Below, piece after piece: positions 15,823 through 26,170 of a stretch of DNA of 32,000 nucleotides. The position numbers and the translations under genes are program-made. How positions within the stretch are numbered: position 1 is the first letter of the stretch; each line of letters begins with the position of its first letter. The notes below the pieces were generated by a model, which saw only the letters and a list, made by a program, of their open reading frames with translations, did no database searches and was not told where the DNA came from. Origin of the DNA: Candidatus Heimdallarchaeota archaeon (GTDB lineage: Archaea > Asgardarchaeota > Heimdallarchaeia > Heimdallarchaeales > Heimdallarchaeaceae); the NCBI GenBank assembly GCA_030668875.1, contig DAOVER010000014.1, positions 1 to 32,000 of the forward strand, read 5' to 3'.

Positions 15823-16248
15823 ATGGCAAAGAAGCTACCATGGATTTTTCCCGGAATTAGACGACCAAATTTTAGTTTACATCAAATTTCAATTCGAATG
15901 CCAACACGAATCCCTCGTAGTGTTCTCTATATATTGATTTATGCAATTGTTTTCTATATTTTTGCTGGTGGTGCATATGATATTGTAAACAGTGAGAATC
16001 TTATTAGTATAGGCTCAGACGGAAACTCACCGATATTTATTGCCCCCAATCAACATGCACAGTATCTAATAGAGGGGATTGTAGCAGGATTCGTTTTCTC
16101 ATTTGCTGCAGCAAGTTTATACCTTTTTGAACATGCAACAAAATATGCTTTTGATGTTAATACAGCTCAAAAAGTTGAATTAATTGCAACAGTATTAGTA
16201 ATTGTATGGTTTGTTGTTATTCTTCTGCTATTTAATGCAAAAAGTTAG
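15823..16248 (+). CDS. OSTC/DC2 (OST3/OST6-related) oligosaccharyltransferase accessory subunit homologue
   Basis: 141 aa, three TM helices. IFAGGAYDIV and QYLIEGIVAGFVF resemble eukaryotic DC2 (ITGGIIYDVI; QYIMEGLASSFLF, recalled from memory). Confidence 0.8.
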   Translation: MAKKLPWIFPGIRRPNFSLHQISIRMPTRIPRSVLYILIYAIVFYIFAGGAYDIVNSENLISIGSDGNSPIFIAPNQHAQYLIEGIVAGFVFSFAAASLYLFEHATKYAFDVNTAQKVELIATVLVIVWFVVILLLFNAKS

Positions 16249-16338
16249 AATCTCTTTTCATCTTTTTTATATTTTATAATTGGAATTTATGCTATCCTTG
16301 GTGCTATTTATTCCACTATATAATTCATCAACAGTAAT

Positions 16339-16983
16339 TCATGTCATAAGTTCAATACCTTGAGATGATAGAGTATAAAACATCTCTTGATTACCATACT
16401 TTGCTTTCCATAGTTTCTTGTTAACATGTTCAAGTATGATGTTGTTGTCTGCGTATTTTGTTACAATTGAATTAGCGATAGGACGCAATATTTTGAGATT
16501 ATTTTCTCTGAACACACTAACTTGATTAGTTAGTACTACTGGTATGTTTAGTTTTCTACTAATCATTTGTAAATAAGCCATTTGGAGAGATAATGATTTG
16601 TTCCATTTTGTTTCATTTATATTTAATGAGCTGAACCTAAAATGATTTGTAAACCCATTTATTCCAACAAAAAGGGGCTTCTCATTTTTGAAGAAACTAT
16701 GTAATTTCATTAAAATTCCTATTTGATTCGCTTCATCTATCACTCTTAAAAGTACTATATTATTAAAATCAATCTTCTTTCCAAGAGTTATTTCACGAAG
16801 TCTTCTGGCACTGAAATTTATTTCACAATCAAGTATTAGTGCTTTTTTCCCTTTTTTCAAACCTTTACAAAGATGATAAAGAATCGTTGTTTTTCCAGAA
16901 TTTGGAGGACCAGCTATGTGTGTAATGCCATTTGGTACTATTGATTTTTCAAGAAATTTTGAAAGCATAGCTTGATCACACAT
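16339..16983 (-). CDS. radB: RadB-like RecA-superfamily protein
   Basis: ITHIAGPPNSGKTT, ILDCEINFS and IPVVLTNQV; short form lacking the RadA N-terminal domain. Confidence 0.7.
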   Translation of the reverse strand: MCDQAMLSKFLEKSIVPNGITHIAGPPNSGKTTILYHLCKGLKKGKKALILDCEINFSARRLREITLGKKIDFNNIVLLRVIDEANQIGILMKLHSFFKNEKPLFVGINGFTNHFRFSSLNINETKWNKSLSLQMAYLQMISRKLNIPVVLTNQVSVFRENNLKILRPIANSIVTKYADNNIILEHVNKKLWKAKYGNQEMFYTLSSQGIELMT

Positions 16984-17101
16984 TTTTCTGTTTATACAAG
17001 ATTAGTGCTATTCTATCTATATTTAACTTTTTATTAAAATTTCTCATTTAATAAACATATATTTTTTGTTTTATAGTAAATGAAAACGTGCAAAAATTGA
17101 T

Positions 17102-17326
17102 TTATACAATTAAAACGTACAGAACCAATGAGAAAAATATAAGGCCCACACCCTTGCTAATGCCAACCCCGTTCCATTTTCTTTCCTTGAAGAGAATAAC
17201 TTTACTAGCTTTATCAGTTGAAATCATAACACCTATCCACATTCCTAGTTTTGCTATATAGACTAATGCAATGTTAAGAATTGAAAGAAGGTTTTGGATA
17301 ATCTCGTTGCTAATGTCAGTAACCAT
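17102..17326 (-). CDS. Small hypothetical membrane protein (likely start ATG 17326; ORF track extends to 17404)
   Basis: Two hydrophobic segments separated by a basic loop. Confidence 0.45.
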   Translation of the reverse strand: MVTDISNEIIQNLLSILNIALVYIAKLGMWIGVMISTDKASKVILFKERKWNGVGISKGVGLIFFSLVLYVLIV

Positions 17327-17414
17327 TAAGATCAATATGATATTTACATGAAATATTATATACTCATCAAAAATCATATTATTACATAACTTCAAATTTT
17401 CCACTTAGTTGTGG

Positions 17415-18200
17415 TTACTTTCTGGTTATTGAGAGTGTTTTTGGCATTCTTCTCTTATGATGACTACTTGAGATGAGTTGTTTAATACGGGCAATTTGTT
17501 CTTCTTTTAACTGTAATTCCTCGGTAAGAAATTCTTCTTCCCTATTGTTTTCTAACCCAATTAGAAACTTGTCAAGTTTTTCATAAGAAACTCCGATTTC
17601 CTTTTCATCAGTTTGCCCTTTCCATAAACCTGCTGTTGGTGTTTTTGTAATGACTTTTTGGTTTACACCCAGTTTTTCAGCAATTTTATACAGTTCTGTT
17701 TTATATAACCCGCCTATTGGCCACATATCAGCTGCTAAATCACCAAATTTCGTTCCATAACCAATTGATACCTCTGATTTATTTGATGTCCCAGCTACCA
17801 GTCTGCTATCAATATTTGCTATAGAATATAGTATTACTGCTCTAATTCTTGCTTTTAAATTCCCCTTAGCTAAGGAATTATTCTCAACGTTTGGTAGCAA
17901 TTTAAATACACTTTCAAGTATTGGTGAAATTTTTATGATTCTTAGGGGAATGTTCAAATCGTGAGCAACAGCTTGCGCATCTTCTGTATGGATGTTATCT
18001 AACTCTTCCTCAGGTAAGTGAACTAAATCTACTCTCTCTTTCCCAAGTGCGACAGCTGATAAATGTGCAATAATTGCAGAATCAATACCACCACTTAATC
18101 CTATAACTACTCCACTTGTTTGTGAAATACTTACTTCATCTTTAATGAATTGTACTGCTAAATCTATTATTTCATCATAATTCTGGATAAATTGAAACAT
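17415..18200 (-). CDS. nadE: NH3-dependent NAD+ synthetase
   Basis: VIGLSGGIDSA, GNLKARIR, GTSNKSE, GYGTKFGD, PTAGLWKGQTDE and HKRRMP. Confidence 0.96.
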   Translation of the reverse strand: MFQFIQNYDEIIDLAVQFIKDEVSISQTSGVVIGLSGGIDSAIIAHLSAVALGKERVDLVHLPEEELDNIHTEDAQAVAHDLNIPLRIIKISPILESVFKLLPNVENNSLAKGNLKARIRAVILYSIANIDSRLVAGTSNKSEVSIGYGTKFGDLAADMWPIGGLYKTELYKIAEKLGVNQKVITKTPTAGLWKGQTDEKEIGVSYEKLDKFLIGLENNREEEFLTEELQLKEEQIARIKQLISSSHHKRRMPKTLSITRK

Positions 18201-18278
18201 GTTTTTACGTTCCTTAAAATTTATTATGAATTTATTACTTTTAAATTTTGAGAAATGAAAAGTCTCCGGAATAACTTT

Positions 18279-18354
18279 TGGAGCCTCGAAGGGGGATTGA
18301 ACCCCTGGCCTTTACCTTACCAAGGTAACGCTCTACCAACTGAGCTATCGAGGC
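18279..18354 (-). tRNA. tRNA-Thr: tRNA-Thr(GGU), 76 nt, intronless, genomically encoded CCA
   Basis: Cloverleaf: acceptor GCCUCGA/UCGAGGC, D-stem GCUC/GAGC, anticodon stem UUACC/GGUAA with loop UUGGUAA, T-stem AGGGG/CCCCU, discriminator U, then CCA. Confidence 0.97.
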
Positions 18355-18497
18355 TTGTTCAATAGAGTGCGACGACTGAAATTTTTAAAAGTTGTGTTTT
18401 ATGTAGAAGATTCATCCCAATGATAAAATCCACAAAGGGCGAAAAGTCTAAATATACTATCTTTTAATTCCTAACAAATTAACTGATTCGGGATATT

Positions 18498-19562
18498 ATG
18501 AAAAAGCGTTCATTTGTGTTACTATTTATCTATCTTTTCGCAATAACAAATTTATTTTCGTCTATACCTCTCACTGCTGATATTACCATTGAATACATTA
18601 TAATGTATGATGAGTATCATGGACAATTCTTTGATCGGGAGCTATTGAGCACTGCTCTTAGCTCACTTGATGAATTAGTAATATACAACAATGAAACTGA
18701 AGAAAGAGTTAATATCAAAATTAAGTTGATATTTAATAACGAAACAGAGTTCAACTCTACTAATCTTCAAGGTGTAGATTTACTCATAATGACGAATCCC
18801 GGGTTTGAGGAAGAAGACAATCTGTTACCTTCTGAAAGATTAGCAATTCTCGATTTCATGGAACTTGGAGGTTCTCTTTTTGCTTTATGCAACCCCTTAT
18901 CCTATAATGAAAACGTTACAGGAAATCCTGTAGCGATTAATGCTTTGCTTAATGAGAGAGATTCATCATTAACCACTGCTCGAATACGAACAAGCGCTAT
19001 CGCTAATTCTACTGTATTGGTAGATGATTTCTCCCACGTTTATGAAAATAACACTTTCCTTTCACTAAAAAACTATGAAAGTGAACATACAATCTTTGAA
19101 CAAGAAGTCGAAATCTCAAATTTAACAGTCTACTCTGCTTCAATTGAATTAGGAAACGAACTTCGAGAGGAAGCCATAGGTAGAACTCTTGAAACAACAT
19201 ACTCTATAGATGAATCTTATCATATCTTCAGAGACCCAGCAACAGGTTTTCTAACTTGGTTATTGGCCCAAACCATGGGTAATTCACGGTTTGTCATATC
19301 TGGTTCGACAATTATGTTTAGTGATTTTGAAATTGTTAAAGATGAGAAATGGATAGATCAGGAACAAAATTTGGACTTATGGAAGAATACAATTTTATGG
19401 CTTCTAAAATACACTCCTCATCCTGAATTACCTGCTTTACCATTGTTGCCCTTCTGGAGCTACGCTTTAATTGTGGTTGGTGTTTCAATAGCAATTTTTG
19501 GGCTTTCAGTTTTACTATACAGATATCGTATTAGCAAGAAAACTGAATTTAAAGCAAAGTAA
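18498..19562 (+). CDS. Exported, C-terminally membrane-anchored protein with GldG/IFT52 (GIFT)/DUF4350-like domain
   Basis: N-terminal signal peptide; VDLLIMTNPG...SERLAILDFMELGGSLFAL and RFVISGSTIMFSD; C-terminal TM followed by a basic tail. Confidence 0.65.
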   Translation: MKKRSFVLLFIYLFAITNLFSSIPLTADITIEYIIMYDEYHGQFFDRELLSTALSSLDELVIYNNETEERVNIKIKLIFNNETEFNSTNLQGVDLLIMTNPGFEEEDNLLPSERLAILDFMELGGSLFALCNPLSYNENVTGNPVAINALLNERDSSLTTARIRTSAIANSTVLVDDFSHVYENNTFLSLKNYESEHTIFEQEVEISNLTVYSASIELGNELREEAIGRTLETTYSIDESYHIFRDPATGFLTWLLAQTMGNSRFVISGSTIMFSDFEIVKDEKWIDQEQNLDLWKNTILWLLKYTPHPELPALPLLPFWSYALIVVGVSIAIFGLSVLLYRYRISKKTEFKAK

Positions 19563-19585
19563 GTGGATTATCTTAACAATAAAAA

Positions 19586-20908
19586 GTGGAGTATAAATAT
19601 TCAATTTTACTTAGTTTAATGATGGAAAATAAAAAAACTGTCATGCTCGATACTAAAGAATCAATACTAATTTCCTCTTTGCTTGACGGAGCTGTTGAAG
19701 TCAGTGATTTTCGCTTATCAATTGGTCATTTCTCTAAAACAAAAGTTATTAATCTCTTCCGTGACAGTTTTCCCAAGTTTTCTTCTGGAGTAAAATCAAA
19801 AATTACAGATGTTTTTAATAGATATTTTTTCAACAATAATAAGATTGACGAAAATGAATTTTGGCGATTTGTAGATTTTAGAGATTTTTGGGCTGAATTG
19901 AGGATTTTTCATGATGTAGTCTATTCTCGAGACATGACCTTAAGTGATGTTATCAAGTTTTTTGAACAAACACTCTTTCGAACTAAATCTCGTTTGAACT
20001 TTAATTTTCTACAAAAGAAGATAATAGAAAAACTTGGAAAAAATCCTTCTTCCCTTTATAACCAACTAGCTAAAGATTTGGGCATCTCCGAGAAAAAAGT
20101 GAGTGTAACGTTGAAACATTTGAATTCTCGTGGTATTTATCTCAGCAGTTTAATTTCATATAAATCACTTAATTTACATGAATTTTTCTCTTTTAATCGT
20201 TCTGATGGTTTTGGAGATAATGCTGTGCTCATTGCTAGATATCTGCTCTTTCCAGATTTGAACATTACTCATGGGATAATGTCACGAAAAAAACATGGGC
20301 CTTCTTTCTATTATGTTAAGGAAAAGAAAATGTACTTCAATCCAGACATTTTGAATAAAGGGTTATCGATTCAAGATTGGAAGAAACATCCCCTTATCAA
20401 GCAAAAGAATTTCTCTGGTTCTCCTCCTAGTACTGAACCGAAAAAAGTTTCATCAGAAAAACAGCCTTATCTCTCTCATCTCCTACGAAATTGTGAGCTT
20501 GATTTTAAACGACCTGACATTAAAACCATTGCAGAAACGCACGATATTTCTGCTAGAACAATGTTTAGAGTAAAATCTAGATTAATTGAAGACAAAATAA
20601 TTCAACCCTGCATGGTAGTAGAAAATCCGGATTTACTTCAAGTATTGCTAGTATCTAAATCTGAATTAGTGGAACTATACGATAAAGTTCCTTTTATTCG
20701 TACTTATCAGATTCATGATGATTTTGGAGACACTAGTTGGCTTTCAAATTTATCGATCTTTGTGTCTGATTTCAAATACCTTTATTCACGTCTAAGTAGT
20801 CATGCTGAGGTATTTCAAGTGATTAAACGACAAATAAAGAATTTAAACAAAGGTTTTAGCTTGGTCACACTTTCGCATGCCAATCGTAAAACTTATACAA
20901 ACAAATAG
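19586..20908 (+). CDS. Hypothetical protein with two Lrp/AsnC-like helix-turn-helix segments
   Basis: LYNQLAKDLGISEKKVSVTLKHL and IKTIAETHDISARTMFRVKSRLIEDKII. Confidence 0.55.
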   Translation: MEYKYSILLSLMMENKKTVMLDTKESILISSLLDGAVEVSDFRLSIGHFSKTKVINLFRDSFPKFSSGVKSKITDVFNRYFFNNNKIDENEFWRFVDFRDFWAELRIFHDVVYSRDMTLSDVIKFFEQTLFRTKSRLNFNFLQKKIIEKLGKNPSSLYNQLAKDLGISEKKVSVTLKHLNSRGIYLSSLISYKSLNLHEFFSFNRSDGFGDNAVLIARYLLFPDLNITHGIMSRKKHGPSFYYVKEKKMYFNPDILNKGLSIQDWKKHPLIKQKNFSGSPPSTEPKKVSSEKQPYLSHLLRNCELDFKRPDIKTIAETHDISARTMFRVKSRLIEDKIIQPCMVVENPDLLQVLLVSKSELVELYDKVPFIRTYQIHDDFGDTSWLSNLSIFVSDFKYLYSRLSSHAEVFQVIKRQIKNLNKGFSLVTLSHANRKTYTNK

Positions 20909-20921
20909 GTGTTGTCATCAT

Positions 20922-23042
20922 ATGTCAAATCAACGCTCATTAAAAGAAATTGTTGATATAATATCATCAGAAGCTGGTTTAGGAAAAGAAGAAATCAATC
21001 AATTAATCAACAATAAAATGGATGAACTAGGAGAGTTTGTAACTGCTTTGGGAGCTGCTCATATTGTCGCACGAGAAATGGGCGTTGATCTTTCTTCTGA
21101 ACCCAAGGTCACAGTTCCTTCCATGATAACTGTAGATCAACTTGTACCGGAAATAATCAATGTTAATTTACTTGGAAGAATAACAAGAATTTATGATCAT
21201 TTTGTATTTAAGAAGAAAGATGGTTCAGATGGAGTGCTCCAATCCATACTATTGGAAGATAAAACTGGTACCATCCGCGTTGTATTCTGGGATCAAAAAG
21301 CAGGTGAATTTCAGAAAGGAAATTGTAGTTTAGGTGATCCACTACGCATACTAAGTGCGTATACTCGAAAAGGAAAGGATGATTCAACAGAAGTACATCT
21401 AGGTCTCAGAAGCCATATTCAGATTAGGCCTTCAGGAATTAAGGATGAAGATTTACCTGAGTCTAAAGATTCTTTCTTTAAAATTAATGAAATAAAGGGT
21501 AGTGAAGTTGATGTTTCAATTAAAGGACAGATTACACAAATTGATAACATACTTGAGTTTGAGCGTTCAGATGGTTCAAAAGGAACAAAACGGGGGTTGA
21601 TAATTGGAGATGAAACTGGGGAAGTCCTTGTGAATTTTTGGAATGAAAAATCTTCTCAAGTAAAAGATTTGAAACTAGGAGACATTATTAGAGTTGTTGG
21701 TTTATCATCAAAAATAGGTTTGAAAGGTTTAATTGAACTTCATTCAAGTAGGTTTACAAATTTCACAAAAGAAGATACAACAGCTGATTTTGTCGTGAAA
21801 AAAGGTCTTGTAGGAACCATTTCTAAGGAAAGCATTCAAATTTCGAAACTTCAAGAAATATCAGATATTAATCAACTCATCTCAGTTAAAGGTTTAATAA
21901 TACAAGTAAATCCAATTCATGAATTTTCGCGTGAAAGTGGAAGCAAAGGAAAAGTACAAAACATAGTTATTTCAGATGATTCCAGTCTAATGAGAATTGT
22001 TTTGTGGGATGACAAAACAGCTTTGATTGATTCTAAAGATACTGACAAAATGTTAAGTATCATTGATGGAAACACTCGGAAAGGTCGGTTTACAGACATT
22101 GAAATTCATTGTGGAAACCAAACACAAGTTGATCTTGAAGAAGTTGAGATTAATGTTATTAAACAATATCAAGTAAAATTCACCAACCTTAATGACATCA
22201 CTCCAACTGAAACAGATGTAAATGTAAGAGGGGTTATAAAAGATTTTAACCTTGTGCAAGAAATTACAACAAAAGAGAATGAAACTATCAAATTACAAAG
22301 TTTTAAGCTCAAAGATCAAACAGCGGAAATCAAAATTACTTGCTGGAGAGATAATGTGCAAAAACTAGCAAATCTAAGTGGTGACGAGAAAATTGAAATA
22401 TACCAGACAAAGGTAAAGGAGGATTCAGGATATGGACACGAACTCATTATTACAGGAAATTCTTTTTTAAAAAAAGCTATTCACAATGACATGACACCTC
22501 AAGGTTTTGTACCTAGTTCAGTAATATCAAACATTGGATCCCAAATTCAATCAGTTAATGATATTGAAGATATTAAAGAAGGTGAAACTGTCACAATTCA
22601 AGGTACAGTTGTGAAACTTAATGAAACACAGTTTGTTTATTCCTCATGCCCAGAGTGTAAAAAGAAAGTTAATAAACAAGAGAAACTTTACATCTGTAAA
22701 GAACATGGGGAGGTTGAGAAACCTATAAACAGAATTCTATTTTCATTTATTGTGAATGATGGAACAGGAAATATCAACATTTTGTGTGCAGGTAAACTAG
22801 CAGAAATGATACTTGGTATGTCAGCTGATGCTGTTTCAAGAATGGTAGATGAGCAAGAATCAGAGAAGGTTCCTTACTCCATTTTGAGAAATAAAGGGTT
22901 TGAGAACTCAGAATTGAAGATTAGCGGTAAAGTCAACAAAAATCAATATCTAAATAGCTTGGAGATCATAGCCAGATCTATTGCGGAAGTAAGATATAAG
23001 GAAGCCTCTAAAAACATGGTAAAACAGATATTCACAGAATAA
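20922..23042 (+). CDS. rpa: Replication protein A large subunit, five OB folds plus Zn finger (ATG 20922 likely; ORF track starts at 20877)
   Basis: Five OB signatures (DKTGTIRVVFW, DETGEVLVNFW, DDSSLMRIVLW, DQTAEIKITCW, DGTGNINILC) and a CPECKK...CKEHG zinc motif. Confidence 0.9.
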   Translation: MSNQRSLKEIVDIISSEAGLGKEEINQLINNKMDELGEFVTALGAAHIVAREMGVDLSSEPKVTVPSMITVDQLVPEIINVNLLGRITRIYDHFVFKKKDGSDGVLQSILLEDKTGTIRVVFWDQKAGEFQKGNCSLGDPLRILSAYTRKGKDDSTEVHLGLRSHIQIRPSGIKDEDLPESKDSFFKINEIKGSEVDVSIKGQITQIDNILEFERSDGSKGTKRGLIIGDETGEVLVNFWNEKSSQVKDLKLGDIIRVVGLSSKIGLKGLIELHSSRFTNFTKEDTTADFVVKKGLVGTISKESIQISKLQEISDINQLISVKGLIIQVNPIHEFSRESGSKGKVQNIVISDDSSLMRIVLWDDKTALIDSKDTDKMLSIIDGNTRKGRFTDIEIHCGNQTQVDLEEVEINVIKQYQVKFTNLNDITPTETDVNVRGVIKDFNLVQEITTKENETIKLQSFKLKDQTAEIKITCWRDNVQKLANLSGDEKIEIYQTKVKEDSGYGHELIITGNSFLKKAIHNDMTPQGFVPSSVISNIGSQIQSVNDIEDIKEGETVTIQGTVVKLNETQFVYSSCPECKKKVNKQEKLYICKEHGEVEKPINRILFSFIVNDGTGNINILCAGKLAEMILGMSADAVSRMVDEQESEKVPYSILRNKGFENSELKISGKVNKNQYLNSLEIIARSIAEVRYKEASKNMVKQIFTE

Positions 23043-23150
23043 TACGTTATTATCCTCCCCTCTGAATATTTTGAGTGTTTATTCATTTTTATATTTGGCT
23101 TAATGTCGAAAAGCTTATTAATAGTTACTTGACTGCTTCAACGGGTTACG

Positions 23151-23261
23151 ATGGATTTCACTATATTACTGACCGTATCTATTATATTAATTGTTGTAGC
23201 AATTATATTTGCATTATTCTATCATGCCTTTAGTATTGGAAAAGAAGATGAAATGGAATAA
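23151..23261 (+). CDS. 36-aa single-pass membrane microprotein: MDFTILLTVSIILIVVAIIFALFYHAFSIGKEDEME
   Basis: Translated by hand. BRE/TATA-like CGAAAAGCTTATTAATA with the TATA about 27 nt upstream of the ATG; stop sits 5 nt from the convergent gene. Confidence 0.6.
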   Translation: MDFTILLTVSIILIVVAIIFALFYHAFSIGKEDEME

Positions 23262-23266
23262 TTTTT

Positions 23267-26170
23267 CTATATTTCTAATATCATGCCCTTTTTCTTATTG
23301 TAAACTTTTACTATTGTTACTATTGCACCTAACAATACACTAGAAATTGAAATAATTGGTATTACTATACTTGTGATTGTGTTTGTATTTGTTTTTTTAA
23401 TACCAACTAAATCTAGCGTCAGATAACTTCCTTTTGCTATGTCAACGTTTGATAATAAAACAAAAAGATCATTTGTTTGTAGTGAATATAATTCTGTTAC
23501 ATCTTCTTCTCTGCTTGAGAAAACTTGCCATGTATATTTAGAAGTAACGTAACTCTCATTTAAATAATAAACGAGAGAAATATTTGTGTAACTTTTAGTT
23601 CTTGCATCAATAATGAAACGTATTCTTATTTCATTATTTTCTTCTTCAATACTAGTTGAAACCTCTGGACCTGTTGTCTCCACAATTAATCTGTGGTTTT
23701 CGTCGCTTTTTTCAGCTTCAGTTTCCCAATAAATAATGTTATCATCCCAATAAACAGGAATCTGTAAGGTATCCACTTCTATATAGGCATTTATGATTGG
23801 AGTCATTTTCCCTTCAATAATAACAAACCATCTGTCGTGATTTTCTGGATATTGTATCCTGTATCTTAAAGTTATATTATCGGAACTGGCCCTTATTTCT
23901 CCATCTTGGATTATGTCTGCCCGTAAATCGCTAAAGTGTATTTCGTAAGATTCAGATAAAATTGGAGTATATTTATTAATCACAGAACAATTTACATAGA
24001 TTTCTTTTTGGTTAAGCGGTAATTGTATTTCAAATGAATATTCTCCTAAACTATCTGTAATTCCTGTTACCACACCAATTGTTTCTACTTCTATCCTAAC
24101 CGGTGCATTACCAACCGGGAGATGATTTGCAGTAACACAAAAATCAAATTGATAGTGTAATAGTGGATCTATTTTTGTATATGTAAATGAAGCTGCTAAA
24201 GTACTTTCTATAACATGAATTTCAATTGTTTCTATTATTGTGGCATGTGTTTGAGATGCTGCAAATATGTCTAGCTTGACTTCTCCTACTTCCAGATAAA
24301 ATGCTGATAAATGGAGCCTAAACGTATTCCCATTATCTTCTACTGGAATTTCTTCATTATCTAAATATACAATAAGAGATGATTCCTCTATAGATTGTCC
24401 ACTCTCCAAATCTAGATACCCGATATCTAATATCTGAAGTGCGAATTGTGGTATTTCAATTTGGTCTAAGGCTATCAGTTGGGATGGTAATCTGATTAAA
24501 TTGATTGTTGTACTTGTAACTCCTATATTGTCTACATCTATTACGATGAACGTTATATCATATGTACCACTATGTACCCACGAAGGAAAATTTAGATTTA
24601 TTGAATCATTTGTAATATAACCTTTCATGGAGCCGTTCTCAATTCCTGACCAAAATGCGAAAACTGATATCTCATCTATTGAATGACTGAATTCAATTGT
24701 CGCATTTAACATCTCAAATATTGTTAGTTCAGAAAACATTGTGTTATTTATCAAATTTTGAATAGTAAATTGACAATTGAGATTAGTAGTGGGACTAGTC
24801 TTTAGTAAAGTTAAAACGGTTTGATTTTCATTTATATTTTCGACACTTTGAATCTGAAAATTCTCTATATTCCCATTTAGAACCCAATACTCCGGATAAG
24901 TGATGTTGACTTGGTTAATTTCTAAACTTATTTGATTTGTAATTATCGTATATGAAATCGTTGTATCGTTTTCAGTTTGTACATTTTTACTGAATAGTAT
25001 ATTAATCGTCCCAGTTATGTTCAAAGTATATTCTGATTTCATTTCGAAATTTGAATTATGATTCCATCTCAAATCAATCTCATTATTTAGATTTGTCTCA
25101 TCTACATACGCATCAATATCCACAGTTCCTGAATTTATGCTAGTTGAACTAACAGAAAAATCATTTACTTTAAGATTTATGTCTTCCGGTGATACAGATG
25201 AAGTTACTCTAAAATCATCAATAAGGAGAGAACATTCTGAATATTCCGGTGAAATAACATAAATGCCTATGGATTTAAGAACCGTGGGAATATAGGGGTC
25301 TCCTTGATCAAAAAGGTCTGATATCTCAAGGGAATAAAAGTTCCATTGATCATCCCAACTACTGTTTTCTAAAAGTCGATAAACCACAAATGGAGTGGTT
25401 GTATTCTCTCCAATTTCAGGTGGATCAATATCTGTATAGTGCCAATGTATTACCATGATTCTACAAGTATCGAAAACAATATCAAAAATCAGAGAAGAAT
25501 TTATGACATTTTGTAAAGATGAATTAGATTCTAATAGATAGTTGTAACTAATGCGCGTATCTGTTTGGTACAATTCAATGTTTTCTTGATATAATGAATA
25601 GGTCATTGTTTCTGTATTACTTGAATAAAATTTCCAAACATTATCTCCTTCTATACTCCTTGGATCCACAGTTCTTTCTATGCTCAGACCTGCTTGTATA
25701 ACATTCTCTGAATAGAATGATTCTTGTACTTCAGCGCCAGGATTCTGTATATACTGTACCTCCATATTTACAATTTCTCCCTCAAGACTATACATTCCTT
25801 GACCTGGAATTGAAATAATTGAATCTCCATCTTCAATTTTACCTACTATTTGTTGCCCTGTGTAATCTGCTTCAAGACTTACATTTGGATTAAAACTATC
25901 AATGGTTTCAGTAAGCGAAATATTATTTTCCTCCCAGATGTCCTCCGAGCTACTAGCACCTAGCTCAAAATTAGAAACTGTATTTTCTCTATAACTATTT
26001 CCATGAACAGAATCTTCTATACTATCATTTACTGTGATTTTTTCCACTTTATCATTGTTTTGATAATTATCGCAATCACCTACTCCATCATCCACTAACA
26101 AGGAACCTTGATTAATCGTAGATAAACTAACAAAGACCAGTATAACAAACAACAATTTTCTGTATTTCAT
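23267..26170 (-). CDS. Large secreted cell-surface glycoprotein-like protein with C-terminal TM anchor
   Basis: Signal peptide MKYRKLLFVILVFVSL; acidic, beta-rich body with many N-x-S/T sequons; C-terminal TM followed by KVYNKKKG. Confidence 0.75.
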   Translation of the reverse strand: MKYRKLLFVILVFVSLSTINQGSLLVDDGVGDCDNYQNNDKVEKITVNDSIEDSVHGNSYRENTVSNFELGASSSEDIWEENNISLTETIDSFNPNVSLEADYTGQQIVGKIEDGDSIISIPGQGMYSLEGEIVNMEVQYIQNPGAEVQESFYSENVIQAGLSIERTVDPRSIEGDNVWKFYSSNTETMTYSLYQENIELYQTDTRISYNYLLESNSSLQNVINSSLIFDIVFDTCRIMVIHWHYTDIDPPEIGENTTTPFVVYRLLENSSWDDQWNFYSLEISDLFDQGDPYIPTVLKSIGIYVISPEYSECSLLIDDFRVTSSVSPEDINLKVNDFSVSSTSINSGTVDIDAYVDETNLNNEIDLRWNHNSNFEMKSEYTLNITGTINILFSKNVQTENDTTISYTIITNQISLEINQVNITYPEYWVLNGNIENFQIQSVENINENQTVLTLLKTSPTTNLNCQFTIQNLINNTMFSELTIFEMLNATIEFSHSIDEISVFAFWSGIENGSMKGYITNDSINLNFPSWVHSGTYDITFIVIDVDNIGVTSTTINLIRLPSQLIALDQIEIPQFALQILDIGYLDLESGQSIEESSLIVYLDNEEIPVEDNGNTFRLHLSAFYLEVGEVKLDIFAASQTHATIIETIEIHVIESTLAASFTYTKIDPLLHYQFDFCVTANHLPVGNAPVRIEVETIGVVTGITDSLGEYSFEIQLPLNQKEIYVNCSVINKYTPILSESYEIHFSDLRADIIQDGEIRASSDNITLRYRIQYPENHDRWFVIIEGKMTPIINAYIEVDTLQIPVYWDDNIIYWETEAEKSDENHRLIVETTGPEVSTSIEEENNEIRIRFIIDARTKSYTNISLVYYLNESYVTSKYTWQVFSSREEDVTELYSLQTNDLFVLLSNVDIAKGSYLTLDLVGIKKTNTNTITSIVIPIISISSVLLGAIVTIVKVYNKKKGMILEI

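Noticed and set aside
17102-17326. VirB2/CedA1-like pilin forming a dispersed T4SS with the VirB4-like and VirB11-like ATPases
   Set aside because: Only a generic two-TM pattern; the genes are 8-12 kb apart with housekeeping genes in between.
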